64,000 bases of DNA from Chiloscyllium plagiosum (taxonomy: Eukaryota), in NCBI RefSeq assembly GCF_004010195.1, contig NC_057755.1:9888891-9952890 (forward strand), written 5' to 3'. Shown here piece after piece: positions 49,701-61,909 of this stretch. Position 1 is the first letter of the stretch. Each line of letters begins with the position of its first letter. The notes beneath the pieces were generated by a model. The model worked only from the letters and a program-made list of their open reading frames with translations, had not been told where the DNA came from and ran no database searches. The position numbers and the translations under genes are program-made.

Positions 49701-52700
49701 GGGATTGGAGGTTGTTTGCTACTTCCGAAGAGCATAATCTCGAAAGGAAGCTGAAATTATCAAGTGTTGGTTAGATTCTAGTAACTAGTTATCATTTTTA
49801 AGTGCCGTCATTCTTCGGTATTGCTGTAAAACTTCAAACCAACTGGGGTTGTGGTCTGCTTAATCCTCGTTCACTTACTAATGGGTGTCATATTAAAACA
49901 TTATAATCACATGTTTCTGTGCAATCTGCTTAAGCTGATGGTGGTTTTGTGGATAAGGTGCGCGTGAGGCCTTTCTTGTATCTCACTGAAAATGTCACAG
50001 GCTGCCAAGGAAATAAAGCTTCTCCCGGTTTCTGGCTTAAAAAGTGATCCACTGTTCTAGACCCTCTCACAAGAGGAAATATTCATCCTGCCCAAACTAC
50101 TTAGATGCTTCAATTAAGTCACCTCTTACTCTTGGAAACTCGAAGAGTCCGGCCTGGCCACCCTTTGCTCATACAATCCCCGTGTCAGGGTTTATTCATC
50201 TAAACATTTTCTGTGCTGTTTCATTACAGTTACATCTTTCTTTAAATATGGAGACCAATGTTATCCCTTCCAGTCCAGATGTTGTCTCAAAGATGCATTG
50301 AATACGTGATTTCTTACACATTGTTTGCTTACTTAACCCCTATCAAAGGAAATGGGGACAACTTATTAATTTAAACATTACCTGCTGCCCAGAATTTTCA
50401 CTATCTCTGATTCATGCACAAAGACACCAATATACCACTTTATCTCAGAGCTCTGAAATCTCTCACCATTTAAATATTGCGGTTCTTTTTGACAACCTTG
50501 CTGCCAAAATGAAGAATTTCTAATTTTTCCACTGTCAAATCTTTGTTCGTTCACTTAACTGACCTGCATTCACTTTCAGCCTCCATATGTTCTCAACACA
50601 CCTTACCTGCCTATCCCTTCTCTCACCAGATTTAATGTGCACACGTTCTGTTAACAACGATCACAACAATTGTCAACAGTTGAGCAACAGAAAATGGTCT
50701 ATTTGTGACTGTTCTCTGCTTCTGATCACTCTGTGAACTTTTCATCCATGATCAATTGTTCAGCCACTGCAGAACATCTTTGTTTTTCTCAATAATAGGC
50801 TTTAATGTGTCGCCATACCAATTGATATCTAACAAACGGAGTCCACTGGTACGTTCCCATCTGCAGAAGCTAACGTCTTCATTAAACTTCAGTAAACTCG
50901 GTTATCCAGCTTCACCTTCCACGGAACCACGTTGATTCCAATAGATTTTAACCATTTTGTTTGATTTCTGTTAAAAGTAAGAGTATTTGGAAATAAAATA
51001 ACTGAACATTCAAAGCTTCTAATCTATAGTCATTCTGGATGATTTCAAAAGAAGAAAAGCTCAAACATAATGTAGCAAGTTATTTTTCATTAAAGCTCTA
51101 TGTATTTGTGGTGACAAGATTTGTTTTTCAGCTGTTAAAAAAAAGCATGAAAAGCTTTTCCTGCTTAACTGAACAGCAAGTCCTGTATGACTGTTTAACT
51201 CTTAGCCCCGAGCTGAGGGGAATCATGCTGTAACAGTCTCTGTGTGTGAGTGATATTCACAGAATCCAGCAGAAATAGATTGCCATCGTTGGTGAAATAG
51301 CCTTGTATTATCTCTTCTTGCTAGGAATGTCTGTTTAATAATCTTATGTTATGAAGATGTTTTTGTACCTGTAAAAGAATTAAAGGAGTAGAACTACAGA
51401 GCACAGCACCAAGTTTTCCCAATAAGGCAACAATGTAGCACTGGGTCGAAAAACTTGATCAGTTAGTTGACTGGAGGCAATAAGGTAAAAAAGATAGATT
51501 AGGGAAATAAATTGTGGTTAGTTAATTCTTCTCTGTTATATTTTAAGAAATAAAATTGTTGATTTTTACTTTGCATATTTCTTAGGCATTCAAATTTTGC
51601 AGATTACTGCACGGGATAAACCTTTTTTATGTTGTTGGTTTTAAATTAAGCAGGAGGGTTTACCCCATGTCGTAACAGTTTGTGGGCTCGGGTCCGTGAT
51701 TTGAATTGGAAAGAGAGACTTGCATCGATTTGGAAAAAAGTTCCAGCGATTTAAAAACTTGCAGGTTAGTGTCCTAGATCTTTAAAGAAAACATAGGTGA
51801 GACAATTTGTTTAATTTTGGTGACTAGCGGTTGATAAATTAAAAGTGACAGAAATGGCCCTTAAAATTGCAAAAGACATTCTGAAATTTGAAGATGATTC
51901 TCAAATTTGCCACGAAAATTTAGGAGGAAAGAAAATAAAAGGCCGTACTTTTAGATTTAGCAAATAAGTTAGATTTGGGTTTAACCAAAGACAAATGTAA
52001 GGTTGAAATTGGAAGGGAATTACTCAAACATACAGGTGTGTCAGTGAAACAGACGAATGCAGTAGAGGTAGAATAACAAATTACAGGATAGAATAATAGA
52101 GTTAGAAGATAAACAAAGAGAGAAAGAGAGGAAAGAGAGAGAGGGAGAAGAAAAAGAAAGAGATACAGAAGATTGGAAGATAGGATAAAGAGAGAGAGGG
52201 AAGGATCTTGGCTGAGGAAAGAAAGAGAGAAAGGCAAGAGAAAGATAGAGAGAATTTGAACTTGAGGAGTTGCGAAATGATCAACAAAATAAAGTTTAAA
52301 GGATGGAGATTAAAAAGAACGTAGTGATATCTATATGAATATGTCAAATCTCTGCCACATTTTGATGAGAAACACGTTGTAATTTTCTTTGTTACATTTT
52401 AAAAATTGGCTCGGCAGATGTAGTAGTCTGAGGAATTATGGGTAATGCTAGTTCAGAATCAAGTGTTCAGCAGAGCTAGTGAGGTAACTGCGTATTGTCA
52501 GATGAGGTATCAAAAGATTATGAAGAGGTTAAACAGGCTATTTTAAGTGGTTATGAATTGGCGCCAGATGTATCTAGACAGCGGTTCAGAAATACCAAGA
52601 AGGAACTAGGTCAGACTTATGTAGAGTTCGAAAGAATAAAAAAGAAGAGTCATTTTATTCGATGGGTGCATGGTTTGATCACAGTTAGGGCATTTGACGT

Positions 52701-54359
52701 TTTCAGAGAGATTATTCTGATGGAGGAGTTTACAAACTCACTTCCCGAGCTGGAAAGAATTCACGTGGAGGAAGGGAAAGTTTGGAAGTGAGAAGGGCAG
52801 CAGAATTAGCAGATGAAAGCATGTTGGTGCATAAGACAAGCTTCCAGCCAGAATTTCGCCCTGTGAGGTATAGACGTTGGGAGAAGGGGAGATCCGACAC
52901 GACTAAACCAAGAGTCGAGCGCACTGGAAAGACCTTACCCCAGGTTAAAGAAACGCAAGAGGGCGGACAGGAGGTAAAATACCTCTCAGGTGGTTTCACT
53001 TGTCTGGAGTGGGACTCAGACAATTAGAGAGCTTGGGGTTTAAGAAGGGCACTGGGAAAATCTGCTTTTACTGCCAGAAAGTGGGACATATGGAGTTACA
53101 GTGCTGAAAGACTTTAAAGAAAGACACCACGGGAAGACATGTGGTAAACGAAGCTAAGCCAGTGGCATCAGTGAAGATAATAAAGGAGACCACAAGAAAG
53201 CCAAGGAGACTGCAGGAGAGTGCACAACCTTAGCAGGGGCAGGGTATGAAATTTGTACCTGATCTTTGCAAATAATTCACCACTGTCTGTTATGTTTACT
53301 CAGGAAGAACAGGGGAGAATGATAAGAAGTTATAATGTTGAGAGATAAGGAATCTAATCAGTCGTTGATAGTAAGAGGGTAAGCGAATATGCACTCTTAC
53401 TGATCTATTACCCGAGACTGTGCTAATTTGTGGGATAGACTTAGCATTCCCTTATTTATGATCAGATTGGAGTCCCAAGTTAAGACTGGGGAGGTTACAG
53501 TAGAATGTTTGACAGTGTGTCAGTTCCAGAAATTCATTTTGTTCTTGGGAATGATTTGGCAGGATCCAAGGTGAGAGGGAAAACTTCTTGTGGAACAGCC
53601 GAAGGAAGACCAACAAACTGAGGAGTTAAAACAGAAATATCCGGGTATTTACCCAGGCTGTAAGTACAACCACATCCCACTTTCCTAAGTCACAGCACGA
53701 AGTGAAATGTAAAGAAAAAGATGAAGGAGTTGAGGTTCAGTTAGCAGATATCCTTTTTAATGTAATGGTGTCGGAAAAATCCTGAACAGACAGAGGGTCA
53801 CACAGAAGTGGTTAGTCCTGAAAGGTTAAGAGACTTGCAACAACAAGACAAGCCAATGGAGGCATAGAATATTCCAGAGTGTTATTCTCTGAAAGATGGA
53901 ATCCTCAGAGGCAAATGGAGACCAAGGCAGGTTAGTGCAGAGGAGAAATGGGCCGAAATTCACCACACTGCGTTGACGGTCACGTACAGACAGGAAGCAT
54001 TATGGTAGCAGATGAACTACCGATAGGAGATCACCTATGGGTAAGAAAGACTCAGGCTGAGGTCGAAAAAACATTTTTATTGTCCTGGAATGCACAAGGA
54101 TATGGTTAACGTTTGTTGTACGCGTCAGACATGCCACATGAAAGTTAAGCCACAGATGGTAATAACACCATCACCTTTGTCGCCAATTCCTGCATTTGAA
54201 TAACGTTTCACGTGGGTTATAATTGATTGTGTCGGCTCCCTCCCAGAAACTAAAACTGGGAATCAGTACTTGGTAACCACAATGGATGAGTCTCCCAGAT
54301 TTTCAGACGCATTTGCATTACGAAATATCAAGGCAAAAAATGATGGTAGAGGAGTTAGT

Positions 54360-54755
54360 TAGCTAAGCAGCAAGCAAAGAGGGCACAGTATAGAATAAAG
54401 CAGGTGGCAGATAATATATGCAGAGAAAAAGCAAAACTAATGCTATTTACAAAATACATTGCAAGTACTGTAACAAATGATAAATTGGACAAACAGGCAG
54501 AAAATAGTCGCCAGGACAGATGAACATCAATTAGCCACAAAAGTATATGACCCACAAACAGGAAATAGCATCACCACAGGAAAAGGCAGCACTGCAGAAA
54601 ATGACAAAGGCAACCCAAGGAAGGCTAAACACATAAATAGAAAGCTGACCATGTTACCTCTGCTTCATCTGGAGGCTCGCTGATGATGTTGTGTTGTATG
54701 GTGATGAAACGGCTGAAATCGAACTTTCCATGTCAGTGAGCAAGACTTCATCCAA
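54360..54755 (+). mobile_element. Penelope-like (Poseidon-type) 3' fragment inside the integrase of B
   Basis: 'IGQTGRK' region similar to the reverse complement of 36615-37100. CTGATGA...GAAAC at 54680-54711. GTTAGT on both sides. Confidence 0.72.
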
Positions 54756-55157
54756 TGTTAGTAGTTTTCTTCGCAAGACATGGGCTACCCAGAGAGACTC
54801 AGTCGAACCAAGGTTCAAATTTTGCTGCTTGGCTGTTTAGGGAGGTTGTGGATAGATTAGATATACAGCACTTTAAATCCATTGCGCATCACCCTAATTC
54901 AAAGAGAGGTTTAGAAAGGTGCTTTCAGACCTTGACGACTATGTTGAGAACATACCGTCAGGATTATCGGAATGATTGGGATAGAAGTATCCCATTCATA
55001 TTGTTTGTCATTAGAGACGGCCCAAACGAATCTACTCAGTTCACTCCCTTTTCGTTAATATTCGGTCATGAAGTGAGAGATGCTTTGAAATTAACTAAAG
55101 TAAAATTGTCAGGACAAAAGTCGAAGATTTCACAATTAGGGTTAAATAAAAAGTCGA

Positions 55158-56055
55158 GGAGAAAGTGAGGACTGCAGATGTTGGAGATCAGAGCTGAAAA
55201 TGTGTTGCTGGAAAAGCGCAGCAGGTCAGGCAACATCCAAGGAACAGGAGAATCGACGTTTCGGGCATGAGCCCTTCTTCAGGAATGAGGAAAGTGTGTC
55301 CAGCAGGCTAAGATAAAAGGTAGGGAGGAGGGACTTATGGTAGGGGCGTTAGAAATGCGATAGGTAGAAGGAGGTCAATGTGAGGGCGATAGACCGGAGT
55401 GGGGGTGGGGCAGAGAGGTCAGGAAGAAGATTGCAGGTTAGGAAGGCGGTGCTGAGTTCGAGGGATTTGACTGAGACAAGGTAGGGGGAGAGGAAATGAG
55501 GAAACTGAAGAAATCTGAGTTCATCCCTTGTGGTTGGAGGATTCCTAGGCGGAAGATGAGGCGCTCTTCTTCCAACCGTCGTGTTGCTATAGTCTGGAGA
55601 TGGAGGAGTCCAAGGACCTGCCTGTCCTTTGTGGAGTGGGAGGGGCAGTTGAAGTGTTGAGCCACGGGGTGGTTGGGTTGGTTGGTCCAGGTGTCCCAAA
55701 GTTGTTCTCTGAAACGTTCCGCAAGTAGGCGGCCTGTCTCCCCAATATAGAGGAGGCCACATCGGGTGCAGCAGATACAATAAATGATGTGTGTGGAGGT
55801 GCAGGTGAATTTGTGGCAGATATGGAAGGATTCCTTGGGGCCTTGGAGGGAAGTAATGGGGGAGGTGTGGTGCAAGTTTTGCATTTCTTGCGGTTGCAGG
55901 GGAAGGTGCCAGGAATGGAGGTTGGGTTGGTGGGGGGTGTGGACCTGACGAGGGAGTCACGGAGGGAATGGTCTTGCGCCCTTCATTGGGGAGACAGGCT
56001 GCCTACTTGTGGAACGTTTCAGAGAACACCTCTGGGATACCCGGACCAACCAACT
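55158..56055 (-). mobile_element. Penelope-like (Neptune-type) 3' fragment with GIY-YIG, pLTR and a short inverted piece (~55978-56055)
   Basis: ORF 55438..55884 'FTCTSTHIIYCICCTRCGLLYIGETGRLLAERFRE..PVAQHFN'. Hammerhead-like core at 55282-55255. Confidence 0.9.
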
Positions 56056-57928
56056 CATTCCAAAGACTGATGCAAACCAAATTCCACTGCTCGAGTATTG
56101 TGTCGAAAAAGTGGGACGTGCAACTTACATTTCTAAGTTGGACTTGCTCCAAGGCTACTGGTAAGTCCCTCTTTCAGAAAAGACCAAAGGCAATTTCGGC
56201 TTTGTAACGCCAAATGAACTATATCAGTTCAAAGTCGTGTCATTTGATATGAAAAAGGCTGCAGCTACGTTTCAGAGACTAACAAATAAGGTGATTACCA
56301 GATTACCCAATTGTGTGGTGCATATCGATGGCCTGGTTATTTTTAGTCACGCAGGCAGGAACATTTGCAGCATTTATTGGAATTATTCGATCCAGTTCAG
56401 AAGGCAGGCTAGGTGGTAAACCGAGCTGAAAGCGAAATTGCAAAAACCCAAGTCAGCTTCCTGGACAATGTTTTTCTACATGGTCAAATGGCCCCGCGAG
56501 ATGCAAAAACAAAAGTAATTGGAGAATTTCCCACTCCATCGACAAAATAATAGCAGTACAAGTGTTCCAGGGATTGAACTGATTTTAACGAAAGTTTGTG
56601 CCGAACGTTAGCAATATTGCTGCTCCACTGAGCGAATTGGTAAAAAAGGGGACGATGTTTTAGTTAATAGACATTTGACAGCCTAAAAAAACTGTGTTAA
56701 CCATTATCCCAGTGTTAGCCACAACGGATTGCATAAAGCTTGTCAAGGTGGCTATCGATGCCAGTGAGGTGGGTGTCTGTGCGTTGCATATGCAGAAGGA
56801 TGAATAAAATGACTCATCAGGTACTTTGTCCTGCAAATTGAACGTTCATCAACAGAAATATTCAACAGTGGACGAAGAGACTATCAGCTTGGTGTTGGCT
56901 TTACAACATTTCTGTGTTTATGTTCCCAGTAATGCATCTAAGACAATCGTATAGACTGATCACAACCGATTGACATTTGTGGAAAAACTTCAGGACGAAA
57001 CATGTCAGACTGTTTAGATGGACCTTGCTGTTGCAGCCATTCAAATTGACAATTGTCCATGTGGCAAGTTATGAAAACATGATTATCAATGCATTATCGC
57101 GATTCCATTGAGATTCGAGGCATTTGGTGATGGGTGTACCGCGGCCTGAGTTTGCATGGGGTTGTGCATGTTTGCATAATTATAGTTTGTACTATATATA
57201 CGTGCATTTAGTCTACTAACCAGGATGTGAAGGTTTAAAAATGAAGCAAATTTTGGTTTTGATGATCCATTTTTTCAAGAGGGAAAGTGTCACAATGGTA
57301 GTCTATTGTTTTCTAAAAGGCATTCCTTGGCTCAAGGAGACTCTGTGTCTGATTTTCTTTTTCAGAGGGGCATTAGACCAGACCAGGCTCCGATCAGTCT
57401 GGTTTAGTACAGAGATGGAAAGGATTTTGAGAAGCCTTTTGTTTATATAATACTTCAAGCTAAAGTCTTTTGGAATTGAGCTTTAAACGGAAGGGGACTG
57501 GTCAGCGCTCTAGCTGAGCTGAGCTGAGGAATTTTATTTCTGTCTTAAACTGGGAAGTTCAACAGGGAGCTGCATTATAACTCTCTCTCTCTCTCTTTTC
57601 TGCCCTTCAACTTCAAACTGTAAGCATGTGTTCCATTTATTTTGGGTTTTAAGGGACGTTTGCTTATTTCGACTGTTGTGTATATTCAGAGTAGCATAAT
57701 TAAGACTATTGGTATTAGTTGAGTTCTGGAGGGGTTGTTTTTTCTGTTCTTTGTGTTTCATTGTGTAATTTTGTGAATAAAATTTTGTCTGTTTTAAAAT
57801 CTAGTAATCGATGTAAATATCCTAGTATGGGTAACTATCACTGTTCACTTACTGAAACGAATTGCAAAGTTATGGTCTGAGGCTACCTGCTTAATAATGT
57901 TCTGGGTGGTCTGGCCTCGTCCATAACA

Positions 57929-58182
57929 ACGTGCAATCGAGACCAGGGTTTACCCGGCCATTCGCCTGGCAATTGGAAAGGTCCTGTTGTAAGTTTACAC
58001 ACTTTTTGACACTCTAGACACTGCCCCACAAATCTGGATCTATCTGTGTCCAAGCCTGGACACGAGGGGTTACCTTTCACATAGATTTCTTTTTGGAGAC
58101 ATCTGGATGACAGGGCTGGAGTTCATCCAGTATTTGATGGCGACCTCTGCTCTGGAAAATCACTCTACACCCCGTAACACTA
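57929..58182 (-). mobile_element. Old Gypsy integrase remnant
   Basis: 'PGLDTD....VGQCLECQ...EWPGKPWSRLHV'. Confidence 0.75.
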
Positions 58183-59345
58183 AAGGGGTAAAAACAATGA
58201 CTGCAGATGCTGGAAACTACATTCTGGATCAGTGGTGCTGGAAGAGCACAGCAGTTCAGGCAGCATCCGAGGACAGGCAAATCAGAGGACAGGCACAATC
58301 GACGTTTCGGGCAAAAGCCCTTCATCAGGAATAAAGGCAGAGAGCCTGAAGCGTGGAGAGATAAGCTAGAGGAGGGTGGGGGTGGGGAGAAAGTAGCATA
58401 GAGTACAATAGGTCAGTGGGGGAGAAGATGAAGGTGATAGGTCAGGGAGGAGAGGGTGGAGTGGATAGGTGGAAAAGGTGAGGGAGTGGCGGTGAAGGAG
58501 GCCCAGGACCTCCATGTCCTCGGTAGAGTGGGAGGGGGAGTTGAAATGTTGAGCCACTGGGCGATTTGGTTGATTGATGCGGGTGTCTCTGAGATGTTCC
58601 CTAAAGCGCTCTGCTAGGAGGTGTCCAGTCTCCCCAATGTAGAGGAGACCGCATTGGGAGCAACGGATACAATAGATGATATTAGTGGATGTGCAGGTAG
58701 AACTTTGATGGATGTGGAAGGCTCCTTTAGGGCCTTGGATGGAGGTGAGGGAGGAGGTGTGGGCACAGGTTTTACAGTTCCTGCGGTGGCAGGCGAAAGT
58801 GCCAGGATGGGAGGGTTGGTCGTAGGGGGGCGTGGACCTGACCAGGTAGTCACGGAGAGAGCGGTCTTTGCGGAAGGTGGAGTGGGGTGGGGACAGAAAT
58901 ATATCCCTGGTGGTGGGGTCTGTTTGGAGGTGGCGGAAATGTCGGCGGATGATTTGGTTTATGCGAAGATTGGTAGGGTGAAAGGTGAGCACCAGGGGCG
59001 TTCTGTCCTTGTTGCGGTTGGAGGGGTTGGTTCTGAGGGTCCCGCACCTCCGCTTGACTTGTCCGGACTTGTCCAACCTGCCTAGCTCCTTTTCCACCTA
59101 TCCACTCCACCCTCTCCTCCCTGACCTATCACCTTCATCTCCTCCCCCACTGACCTATTGTACTCTATGCTACTTTCTCCCCACCCCCACCCTCCTCTTG
59201 CTTATCTCTCCACGCTTCAGGCTCTCTGCCTTTATTCCTGATGAAGGGCTTTTGCCCGAAACGTCGATTTTGCCTGTCCTCGGATTTTGCCTGTCCTCGG
59301 ATGCTGCCTGAACTGCTGTGCTCTTCCAGCACCACTGATCCAGAT
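58183..59345 (-). mobile_element. Penelope-like (Neptune-type) insertion with inverted pLTRs and a 13-bp TSD
   Basis: ORF 58366..59097 'RTPLVLTFHP...CHRRNCKTC...IIYCIRCSQCGLLYIGETG'. Inverted arms ~58223-58478 / ~59088-59344. CCCCGTAACACTA at 58170-58182 and 59346-59358. Confidence 0.92.
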
Positions 59346-59653
59346 CCCCGTAACACTATTCCATCCTCTACCACGAATTTAGCTTTCCGAGTTTAAAAAT
59401 TTATGACATCCCCGGACTCCATGTAGTCAACTCTCACTGCACTATATCAACCACTGCTCTACAGCAAGAACTTTAGCATGAAAAACCTTCTTAAGATAAG
59501 AAGACCAGAAGTACACACAATATTCCAAGTTTGGGGTATCACTGATGCCCTGTATAAATGCAACAAAATATCCTTGTTCCTGTACACGATGCCTCTCGCT
59601 TTAAACGCCATCATACGGTTTGCATCATTTGCTGCCTGCTGTATCTGCAACTG

Positions 59654-59985
59654 GGGCGGCACGCTGCCTCAGTGGTTAGTACTGCTGCCTCGCAGCACCG
59701 AGGACCCAGGTTCAATTCCAGGCTCATGCGACTGTCTGTGTGGAGTTTGTATATTCTGTTTCCTCTGGGTGCTCCGATCTCCTCCTGTCGCCCAAAGATG
59801 TGCAGTTAAATGGATTCGCTGTGCGAAATTGCCCATAGTATTCGGAGATTTGTAGGGTACGTGCATTAGTCAGAAGAAATGGAGAGTTATAAGGTAGTGG
59901 AATGAGTCTGGGTGGGATACTCTTTGGTGGATCAGTGCGGACTTGTGGGGCTGAAGGGTCTATTTCCCCACTGTAAGGATTCTAT
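59654..59985 (+). mobile_element. HE1-like SINE, older copy, inside a CR1 remnant (~59450-60270)
   Basis: Head GGGCGGCACG...CAGTGGTTAG...GGTTCAATTCC, with core and tail. Confidence 0.82.
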
Positions 59986-60379
59986 GAATATGTTTGCGGT
60001 CCACGAGTGGTGCAAGAGGACACTTCTGTCTCGTTCAACATTCCCGTGTCTCATTGTACAGCCATTCGAATTATAATCTGTCTTCCATGTTGGTACCAAA
60101 GTGTGTAGCGTCATGTTTATTCACAATACATTGCATCTAGTACACGTTTGCCCATACAGTCAAACAGTCCAATTCAAACTACAAGAACTTTGCAGCCTCC
60201 TCACTTCTCACCCTCCAATCTAGGTTTATACCATCTGCAATTTTTGCGATATTCCATTTAATTTCCTTGTCTTGATCGTAGGGATAATTCAGATTATTCG
60301 TTCTGGAATTTTGGAGAGTGTTGGATGTTCTCAGACGGGTTGCAGGAAGTATTTTACTGATGATGCGGACTATCTGGAA

Positions 60380-61562
60380 CCTAAGACCATAAGACCGTAG
60401 GAACTAGGAGTGGAAGTAAGGTCATTCAGCCCACCAAGCCCACTCTGCCATTCAATCGTGGCTGAGGGGCACTTCAATGCCACTTACCCGTAGTCTCCCC
60501 GTATTCCTTAATTCCTTGCAATATTAAGAATTGAACAATCTCTGTTTTGAAGATATTTAATGTCCCGGCCTCCACTGCGCTCCGTAGCAATGAATTCCAT
60601 AGGCCCACCACTCTCTGGCTGAAGGAATGTCTCCTCATTTCAGTTCTCAATTGACGCCCTCTAATTCTACCACTGTGCCCACTGGTCCTAGTATCCCTGC
60701 CTGATGGAAACAATTTCTCAGCGTTCACCCTTTCTAAGTCATGAATTATCTTGTAAGTTTCTATTAGATTTCCCCTCAATCTTCTGAAATCTAATGAATA
60801 CAATCCCAGGAGCCTCAGCCATTCATCATATGTTCGGCCTACCAGCACAGCAATGATCCATGTGATTTCCGCTGGACACGCCTCCAGTACCAATATGTCC
60901 TTCCTGAGGTGTGGGGCTCAAAACTGCACACAATATTCTAAATGGAACCTAACCAGAGCTTTATAAAATCTCAGTAGCACATCACTGCTTTTACACTCCA
61001 ACCCTCTTGAGATAAGTGGTAGCATTACATTTGCTTTTTAACCACAAGTCAAATTTTAGAAAATCCTGTACGAGCACTGCGGGATCCCTTTGCACTTTGG
61101 CATTATGGATTTTCCCACCGTTCAGAAAATAGTCCATGCCTGTGCTCTTTTTTTTTCCAAAGTGCAAGACCTCGCATTTGCTCACATTGAAATTCATCAG
61201 CCATTTCTTGGACCAATCTGCTAAACTGTCTAAATCTTTATGTAGCCTCCTCACCTTTTCAGTACTACCTGCCTGTCCACGCAACTTTGTATCAAATGGC
61301 GAACTTCGCCAGAATACCTCCAGTCCCCTTTGTCCAGAACATTAACATAAAAGGTGAACAGCTACGGCCCCAACAATGAAAACTGTGCGACATCACTCTG
61401 ACTAGCTGCCATTCCGAAAAAAGAACCTTTTATCCTAACTCTCTGCCTTCTGTCAGACAGGCAATCCTCAATCTATGCCAGTTGCTCACCTCGAACACCA
61501 TGGGCCCTCACCTTACTCATCAGCCTCCCATGAGGCACCTTACTACAGGCTTTTTGGAAGTC
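60380..61562 (-). mobile_element. CR1 RT/3' fragment
   Basis: 'LHKDLDSLADWSKKWLMNFNVSKCEVLHFG' and 'LGLYSLDFRRLRGNLIETYKI', with a TATGGTCT tail. Confidence 0.88.
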
Positions 61563-61909
61563 AAGCTATTAGCTTTATGTAAGCTCTTGAGCATTGGGAT
61601 GTGGGAGAAAAAGTCACACCGACAGTGGTGAGCCAGTGTAATTCACTACAGCAACAAAAAGTAGCTGAAATCAAAGCACTATGTGCTTTCAAGGAGGAAG
61701 TAAATATTGCTCTTGTTGCTAAAATGATATGCAAATTGATATTGAGCTCCAACATCATCAACCAGTGCTATATAAGATTGAGGATACATCAAAAACGGCT
61801 CTAAAGAATGGAGGATGTATCAGATTCTGCTGTGTAATATGGAGGACACATCAACCAATTTCTCGTAATGTGGAGAGCACAATAAAGCATTGCTCTGTAA
61901 TATGGACCA

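Larger units (their letters stand above)
51347..57928 (+). mobile_element. Gmr1-like Gypsy LTR retrotransposon B, decayed, with unmatched LTRs
   Basis: 5' LTR 51347-51677 and PBS 51681-51700. Gag 'YEEVKQAILSGYELAPDVSRQRFR', integrase 'GLPRETQSNQGSNF...GLERCFQTLTTML', then RT 'AAATFQRLTNKV..CVVHIDGLVIFS' and RNase H ~56700-57110. PPT AAGAGGGAAAG and 3' LTR 57288-57928. Confidence 0.9.
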
